DNA from: a virus
Length of the DNA stretch: 28,832 nucleotides
IMG/VR virus record: IMGVR_UViG_3300045988_064919
Location: 1-28,832 of that record
Direction: 5' to 3' (one strand)
Shown piece after piece: positions 24,153-28,832 of the stretch. Every line of letters begins with the position of its first letter. The first letter of the stretch is position 1. The notes under the pieces were generated by a model, which ran no database searches, was not told the DNA's origin, and saw nothing but the letters and a program-made list of their open reading frames with translations. A program made the translations under genes and the position numbers.

Positions 24153-24795
24153 AGTTTGGAAACCATTGAATTTCTTTAAATGTTGGCACTTCATCAGTAT
24201 TTCCTATCCAATCACAAGTAATGACAAAGCCAAGTTTCTTATCATCTAAATATGCGTATCCTTTTACTGCATATGAATTATCTTGTTTAATCCAATCGAA
24301 ATTTGAGATTTTATCTAATTCAGATATATCGAAATCTGAATGTAATGCGATAGCCATTTTTACCCAATCATATAAAGATTCTTTTTCTGCTTGCGTCATA
24401 ATAACGGTTCTAGGCATTCTAGTAACTGAACCATTTTCATAGAATACTGTTTCATCCTTTTTAACAGTGCTCACAGTATCACCTTTAATATTAAAGGTAA
24501 TATCAGTGTCTATATATTTAATTGTGCAAGAATCCTCATCTAAATAAGTGATATGAAGTTTTGATTTTTTAATTCCTAATTCTTTAGCGACAGATACAAT
24601 AGATTTTACTTCTTTTTCCGGTACTTCCCAATTTTCCGCAATTTCTTCTGTATATGTTAACTTCTTTTGTGGTTCACTAGGCATAATTGCGATTATTGCA
24701 TAAAAAACGACAACAATAATTGCACACCATAATAATATTTTTTTCTTCTTGCTTCCACCTTTTTCAATAGGTGGTGTTTTAACTTTGTTTTTCAT
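24151..24795 (-). CDS. Membrane-anchored protein of unknown function (candidate superinfection-exclusion/moron)
   Basis: 214 aa. Basic N-terminus, then one TM helix ILLWCAIIVVVFYAIIAIM, then a soluble domain. Co-oriented with the repressor gene and overlapping it by 17 nt. Confidence 0.55.
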   Translation of the reverse strand: MKNKVKTPPIEKGGSKKKKILLWCAIIVVVFYAIIAIMPSEPQKKLTYTEEIAENWEVPEKEVKSIVSVAKELGIKKSKLHITYLDEDSCTIKYIDTDITFNIKGDTVSTVKKDETVFYENGSVTRMPRTVIMTQAEKESLYDWVKMAIALHSDFDISELDKISNFDWIKQDNSYAVKGYAYLDDKKLGFVITCDWIGNTDEVPTFKEIQWFPN

Positions 24796-25156
24796 TTTCT
24801 AATTTCTTAATGATTCCATAAATGAAATCTAATAACCTTTCCTTCGTTTCTTCACTTGATTTTAGATAAGCCTTTATAAGTGGCTTTTGATTTGGGTTGA
24901 TTTGGTATTCTTCTATGAGTTCGTCGATAGTGTTATCCGGTACATCCAAAAACATATCTCTAATACCTTCTGTAAGCCAAAAATAATCGGCATTAAATGT
25001 TCTACAGATGTTTTTTAGAATGTAATCATTCATATTTCTAACGCCACTTTCATAACTTGCAACAGAATTTCTAGAAACACCAATTTTTGACCCAAACTCT
25101 GTTTGAGTTAAATTTAATGCATTCCTTAACTCTTTTACTCTTTCTCCTGTAGTCAA
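24779..25156 (-). CDS. XRE/cI-type HTH repressor
   Basis: TTG start 7 nt after AAAGGAGG. ERVKELRNALNLTQTEFGSKIGVSRNSVASYESGVRN is a classic HTH_3 motif. Divergent from the early operon. Confidence 0.8.
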   Translation of the reverse strand: MTTGERVKELRNALNLTQTEFGSKIGVSRNSVASYESGVRNMNDYILKNICRTFNADYFWLTEGIRDMFLDVPDNTIDELIEEYQINPNQKPLIKAYLKSSEETKERLLDFIYGIIKKLENEKQS

Positions 25157-25195
25157 AATTTTAACCTCCTTTATTTCATTTTATCATTAAAAAAA

Positions 25196-25240
25196 TAAAT
25201 GTACACAAAAATTACAATTTATACTTGTAAATGTACACAA
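25196..25240. promoter_or_regulatory. Two copies of operator-like TAAATGTACACAA (25196-25208, 25228-25240)
   Basis: Exact 13-mers 32 bp apart, each containing the palindrome TGTACA. The second copy lies in the spacer of the rightward promoter. Confidence 0.55.
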
Positions 25241-25253
25241 TGTGTTGTATACT
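25225..25253 (+). promoter_or_regulatory. Early rightward promoter (TTGTAA-17 nt-TATACT)
   Basis: -35 at 25225-25230, 17-nt spacer, -10 at 25248-25253. Confidence 0.5.
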
Positions 25254-25263
25254 ATACATGTAA

Positions 25264-25293
25264 GTTACAAAACGTTACAAAACATTACAAAAC
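25264..25293 (+). repeat. Three tandem 10-bp repeats (GTTACAAAAC, GTTACAAAAC, ATTACAAAAC) in the early leader
   Basis: Read directly. They end at the SD GTGGAGG (25294-25300). Confidence 0.9.
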
Positions 25294-25308
25294 GTGGAGG
25301 AACAAGAA

Positions 25309-25575
25309 ATGACAAACGAAGAAATTATCCAAAATGAAAAAAAGGTACTAGGAATGGGAGAATTTGAACCACTGCACACTTTCCAAAAATGGGAAGAAAT
25401 GGGGTTCAAAGTTAAGAAAGGTGAGCATGCAGTAACTTGTACAAAGTTATGGAAACCTAAAGCAAAGAAGTATACAGATACAAACGGAGAAGAAAAAGTT
25501 GAAAACAATTTCTTCTTAGCAAAAGCTTACTTATTCAAATCGAATCAAGTTGAAAGAATAGCTCCTACAAATTAG
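25309..25575 (+). CDS. Small ArdC-N-like (DUF1738-like) ssDNA-binding / anti-restriction-like protein
   Basis: ATG after GTGGAGG. HTFQKWEEMGFKVKKGEHAV resembles the ArdC N-domain motif (TF.QW...G..V.KGEK). First early gene. Confidence 0.4.
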   Translation: MTNEEIIQNEKKVLGMGEFEPLHTFQKWEEMGFKVKKGEHAVTCTKLWKPKAKKYTDTNGEEKVENNFFLAKAYLFKSNQVERIAPTN

Positions 25576-25624
25576 TCGAAATAAGCCGAAAGGCTTATCT
25601 GCTAGAGTTGACCCACTAGCACTG

Positions 25625-25787
25625 ATGATGACAGGTCAAAAAGAAAGATGGTGAAACAATACTAGACAAGAGAATTTTTGAAGCCTTAAGCGAGCTTGAA
25701 AAGAAAGGCTATGAACTTTCAGAATTTCATCAAGGATATATCGCTTGTATCTTAGATGAATCGAAAAGAGGTGAGAATCATGACTAA
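25625..25787 (+). CDS. Small hypothetical protein with unresolved start (ATG 25625 plus a shift in A5 25638-25642, or ATA 25659)
   Basis: The open frame QVKKKDGETILDKRIFEALSELEKKGYELSEFHQGYIACILDESKRGENHD has no canonical start. Confidence 0.3.
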
Positions 25788-25959
25788 AACATATTTCGTA
25801 ACCTTCGATGTGACTGCAAATGTCACATTCGAAGTTGAAGCGCATGACAGTGCAGAAGCAAAAGAAATTGCGAATCGCTTGAATGTTAGAGATTTGCAGG
25901 AAGTAAATGAAATTAATACTTGTGAATCTAGAATGGAGGTGTATGAGTGTGATTATTAA
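25780..25959 (+). CDS. Hypothetical protein
   Basis: ATG after AAGAGGTGA. 59 aa. Confidence 0.45.
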   Translation: MTKTYFVTFDVTANVTFEVEAHDSAEAKEIANRLNVRDLQEVNEINTCESRMEVYECDY

Positions 25960-26200
25960 TTACAAAGCCTTATTGGATAAAGATGACTTAATTTCATTAT
26001 TTGAATGGGGTAAGTTATCAGAAGGAGGACAAAGAAATAAAGCAAATAAGGTTATGAAATCAATTCGTGAGCAGTACAAAAAAGACAATGGGATTGATTG
26101 GAAGGACACATTTATTTATAGGAATATATCACAACATGTAATTCCAACAGAAACATTCTTAAAATGTTGTCCGGAATTCAAAAAATCATTTAGGAGATAG
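25943..26200 (+). CDS. Hypothetical protein
   Basis: ATG after GGAGGTG. MSVIINYKALLDKDD... Confidence 0.45.
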   Translation: MSVIINYKALLDKDDLISLFEWGKLSEGGQRNKANKVMKSIREQYKKDNGIDWKDTFIYRNISQHVIPTETFLKCCPEFKKSFRR

Positions 26201-26203
26201 ATT

Positions 26204-26434
26204 ATGCAAGATATAAGAATGAACAGTATTCAAGATGAAGAAATGGATTTGAGCATTTATCCATTCAATCCAAAACGAATACATTTAAGCAAAGAAGAAA
26301 AAGAGCTTATTAGAGAACAAAAGTATCAAAAAAGAATCACAATCGGAATAAACATTATGTTATTCGCAACAATCGTGATTCTGTTAGTTTCAATAGCTTG
26401 TTTAGGTAAGTCGTATGCAATGTTATTTCTATAA
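26204..26434 (+). CDS. Small C-terminally membrane-anchored protein
   Basis: ATG after AGGAG. TM helix ITIGINIMLFATIVILLVSIACLG. Confidence 0.5.
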   Translation: MQDIRMNSIQDEEMDLSIYPFNPKRIHLSKEEKELIREQKYQKRITIGINIMLFATIVILLVSIACLGKSYAMLFL

Positions 26435-26531
26435 AAAAGAGGTGCGCACTCGACAAAGCACGCACATACAAGAAATGACGTTCTTAAATAAGAACACATA
26501 CATTATAGCAGATTAAAAGGAGAAACGGAAG

Positions 26532-27173
26532 ATGGAGAAATCAGTATTTCAAACACTAAATGAAATTAATGTAAATGACAAAGTTGAAAAAAAGAATAAT
26601 CTTAGCTATTTGTCATGGGCATGGGCATGGGGAGAAGTTAAAAAGAAATATCCAAATGCTCAATATAAGATTTATGAACATGAATCAGAGCACGGCCCTA
26701 TTAATTATTTTACAGACGGTCGCACTGCTTGGGTTAAGACAAGCGTAATTATTGATGGATTAGAACATATTGAGGAGCTTCCTGTAATGGATTACAAGAA
26801 CAAATCAATCACACTTGATAAATTGACATCATTTGATGTGAATAAAGCGATTCAAAGAAGCTTAACAAAAGCAATCGCAAGACATGGTTTGGGATTATAC
26901 ATTTATGCAGGTGAAGATTTACCGGAGGAAGATAAGAAAAAGGAACTAGAGCCAAAGGAAGAAACTGTTAAAAAGTTTATTTCACTTCAAACTGAAATGA
27001 ATGAATTAGGAATTGACTTTAGAGAACAATATTCAGATTGGATTCTTAAACATTCACAATGTGAATCACAAGATTTACAGAAATTAAATGAACCACAACT
27101 TCAATCAACGATTAAAGCTTATGGAACATTAATTAAAGGCTATAAAGAAAAGATTTCGATGGCATTACAATAA
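26532..27173 (+). CDS. Rad52/Sak-like single-strand annealing protein (DUF1071)
   Basis: LSYLSWAWAWGEVKKKYP...LPVMDYKNKSI...AIARHGLGLYIYAGEDLP is the DUF1071 signature. Confidence 0.75.
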   Translation: MEKSVFQTLNEINVNDKVEKKNNLSYLSWAWAWGEVKKKYPNAQYKIYEHESEHGPINYFTDGRTAWVKTSVIIDGLEHIEELPVMDYKNKSITLDKLTSFDVNKAIQRSLTKAIARHGLGLYIYAGEDLPEEDKKKELEPKEETVKKFISLQTEMNELGIDFREQYSDWILKHSQCESQDLQKLNEPQLQSTIKAYGTLIKGYKEKISMALQ

Positions 27174-27463
27174 AGAAACGAGATAAGTCAATTTTACAAA
27201 AAGATATGTCTAAATGTTATGTATGTGGTTCAACATTGAATTTACATACACACGAAATTTATTTCGGTACTGCTAACAGAAAGAAATCAATTGAGAATGG
27301 GTGTTATGTAAGATTATGTTCTAGACATCACAACATGAGTAGTGAAGGAGTACATTTCAATCACAAATTAGACATGAAACTTAAAAAGGAATGCCAACAT
27401 GCATTTGAAGAAGTACACACAAGAAATGAATTTATGAAGATATTTCATAAAAATTATCTATAG
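27170..27463 (+). CDS. Cys/His-rich small protein conserved in phage recombination modules (start ATA 27170 or ATG 27206)
   Basis: CYVCGS...HTHEIYFGTANRKKSIENGCYVRLCSRHH. The ATAA overlap with the previous stop would give MKKRDKSILQKD... ATG 27206 has no SD. Confidence 0.5.
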   Translation: MKKRDKSILQKDMSKCYVCGSTLNLHTHEIYFGTANRKKSIENGCYVRLCSRHHNMSSEGVHFNHKLDMKLKKECQHAFEEVHTRNEFMKIFHKNYL

Positions 27464-27472
27464 GAGGTAAAT

Positions 27473-27703
27473 ATGCATTCATACAATGTTATCACGAATC
27501 AAGAATCATATCCTAGAGAAGTCTATTATTCTCAAGCTAAAAGAATTGAAAAATTAGAAAATTACATCATGGATGAAAACTTCAATCCATATCAAGATTC
27601 ATGGACGGATGTTAAAAGAATGGAAGAGCTAGGAATTACAGAAGAACAAAAGGAATTGTTCAGACTTCAGAAATTTGAAGAAATGGAGCAAATGAGATTT
27701 TGA
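27473..27703 (+). CDS. Hypothetical protein
   Basis: ATG after AGGAGG. 76 aa. Confidence 0.5.
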   Translation: MHSYNVITNQESYPREVYYSQAKRIEKLENYIMDENFNPYQDSWTDVKRMEELGITEEQKELFRLQKFEEMEQMRF

Positions 27704-28239
27704 AAACAAAGTTGATAGGTAATTTCATCCGAAAATCAAGAAATGAAGATGGAAACTTAGAAATAACATTTGAATTAACTGAGCCAATATACGAAACATA
27801 CGCTCAGACGCTCGAAAAAGGGGCATATAGCGTGATTATAGATTCGGTTAACCATTTACGTACGAATGAACAAAATCGGCTTATGTGGAAGCTTATAAAG
27901 GATATATGTGAGAACGAAAACGCTAGTTGTAACGATACATGGGATATGTATTGCGAGTTCTTGAGAATGGCTAAAGCATTATATACATATGTTTCAGTTT
28001 TGAAAGATGGTGTTGATTCGTTGGCTCAAGCACATGGAGTTAGAGCGGTGCAAATATTGGGTACTGAGGTTAGAGACAATGGAAATGAATTTGTGAATTG
28101 TAGATTGTTTCTAGGTAGCTCACAAATGGACACGAAACAAATGGGAGTATTAATTGATTGCATATTAGATTATGCAGAACAATTAGGAATCAGTACTCAA
28201 TATTATTTAGATAAAGGAATCAAGGGGGAAGAAAAATAA
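27700..28239 (+). CDS. NinB/Orf-like (putative HNHc_6-type) recombination-associated protein
   Basis: LRTNEQNRLMWKLIKDI resembles the RS..QN..lW motif. Position fits the recombination module. Confidence 0.45.
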   Translation: MKTKLIGNFIRKSRNEDGNLEITFELTEPIYETYAQTLEKGAYSVIIDSVNHLRTNEQNRLMWKLIKDICENENASCNDTWDMYCEFLRMAKALYTYVSVLKDGVDSLAQAHGVRAVQILGTEVRDNGNEFVNCRLFLGSSQMDTKQMGVLIDCILDYAEQLGISTQYYLDKGIKGEEK

Positions 28240-28616
28240 AATTTGTAATTAAAGGAAAGCTTGATGGATTGAATGAATATATTAATGCTTGCAGAACGAA
28301 TCGTTACAAAGGAGCAGAAATGAAGAAAAAGAATGAACGATTAGTTATGGCTTATATCTTACAGGCAGTAAACTTTGGTGAAGTTTACGAAGTTAAGAAC
28401 TATCCAATTAAATTAAATATTAATTGGTATGAGCCGAACAACAAAAGAGATATAGACAATATCACATTCGCTACTAAATTCATTCAAGATTCATTAGTTA
28501 GAACAGGAATTCTAGAGGATGATTCAAGAAAATACATTAATCAAGTGAATCATTCAGTATTTACAGATAAACAGAACTCAAGGATAGAAGTAGAAATTCT
28601 AGGCGGAGGTGATTAG
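28236..28616 (+). CDS. RusA-like Holliday junction resolvase, apparent ATA start
   Basis: AAGGGGGA (28222-28229) + 6 nt + ATA AAA TTT GTA ATT AAA GGA ([24 protein letters not shown]). ATAA overlap with the preceding stop. C-terminal [26 protein letters not shown] fits the RusA motif. Confidence 0.6.
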   Translation: MKFVIKGKLDGLNEYINACRTNRYKGAEMKKKNERLVMAYILQAVNFGEVYEVKNYPIKLNINWYEPNNKRDIDNITFATKFIQDSLVRTGILEDDSRKYINQVNHSVFTDKQNSRIEVEILGGGD

Positions 28617-28617
28617 A

Positions 28618-28832
28618 ATAGCAGAACTAAAGAAATCGTATTACGCAATAATACCTGCAGAAGTTCGATATGATGAAGAATTGCCACCAAACGCAAAACT
28701 ATTGTATGGAGAAATTACATCATTGTGTAATGAAAAAGAATATTGTTGGGCAACAAATCAATATTTCGCAGATTTATATAAAGTTTCTAAAATTACAGTA
28801 AGTAGATGGATTAGCGCTCTATACAAAAAAGG
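28618..28832 (+). CDS. Replisome organizer, N-terminal part (runs off the window; continues at 100..652), apparent ATA start
   Basis: GGAGGTG (28605-28611) + 6 nt + ATA GCA GAA ([37 protein letters not shown]). GTG 28609 lies inside the SD. Confidence 0.6.
   Translation, partial: MAELKKSYYAIIPAEVRYDEELPPNAKLLYGEITSLCNEKEYCWATNQYFADLYKVSKITVSRWISALYKK
28734..28832. repeat. Terminal redundancy: identical to 1..99
   Basis: Read directly. Confidence 0.95.

Noticed and set aside
1-28832. Genome-wide genetic code 4 (TGA=Trp, ATA allowed as a start), suggested by two in-frame TGAs at Trp-like positions together with the ATA starts
   Set aside because: Trp is otherwise encoded by TGG throughout. 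TGA also ends many genes exactly in ATGA/TTGA start-stop overlaps (4041-4044, 15154-15157, 15929-15932, 17232-17235, 27700-27703). Reading through those TGAs gives only short junk extensions. TGA is therefore a normal stop here.

Overview
The window is a complete, circularly closed tailed-phage genome. Its first 99 nt equal its last 99 nt, so the unit length is 28,733 bp. It is AT-rich and organised like temperate siphoviruses of low-GC Bacillota.

Gene order, on the + strand except for the immunity genes:
- Early, replication and recombination genes: ArdC-N-like protein, Rad52/Sak-like annealase, NinB-like protein, RusA-like resolvase, a DnaD-like replisome organizer carrying in-gene iterons, a NUMOD4/HNH-like protein, DUF3310, a dUTPase_2-like protein and SSB.
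- A sigma/ArpU-like late regulator, followed by a single tRNA-like gene.
- Packaging genes: TerS, a PBSX-type TerL and an SPP1-type portal.
- An oddly placed tail-fibre cassette (XkdV/XkdX-type).
- Structural genes: MuF-like head protein, scaffold, major capsid, connectors, major tail, chaperones, tape measure, Dit and a Gp37-like tip protein.
- Lysis genes: holin and CHAP endolysin.
- A divergent immunity region on the - strand (XRE repressor plus a membrane protein). No integrase is present.

Main finding: at least nine genes have no ATG/GTG/TTG where the Shine-Dalgarno (SD) sequence and the open frame place the start. These include the replisome organizer, RusA-like, TerS, portal, fibre-like, major capsid, tape measure, Dit and endolysin genes. 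Each has an in-frame ATA 6-9 nt after a strong SD. The only tRNA in the genome has anticodon UAU, exactly complementary to AUA, and carries initiator-tRNA hallmarks (1:72 mismatch, A11:U24, a GCAACCA 3' end). I propose a phage-encoded AUA-initiating tRNA plus a set of AUA-start genes. This is a hypothesis, not proven.

Other observations:
- a perfect 53-bp hairpin-containing direct repeat at two module boundaries
- in-frame stop codons and frameshifts in several accessory genes
- an A7 slippery site
- operator and tandem repeats in the genetic switch
- an orphan transcription unit where attP/int would normally be
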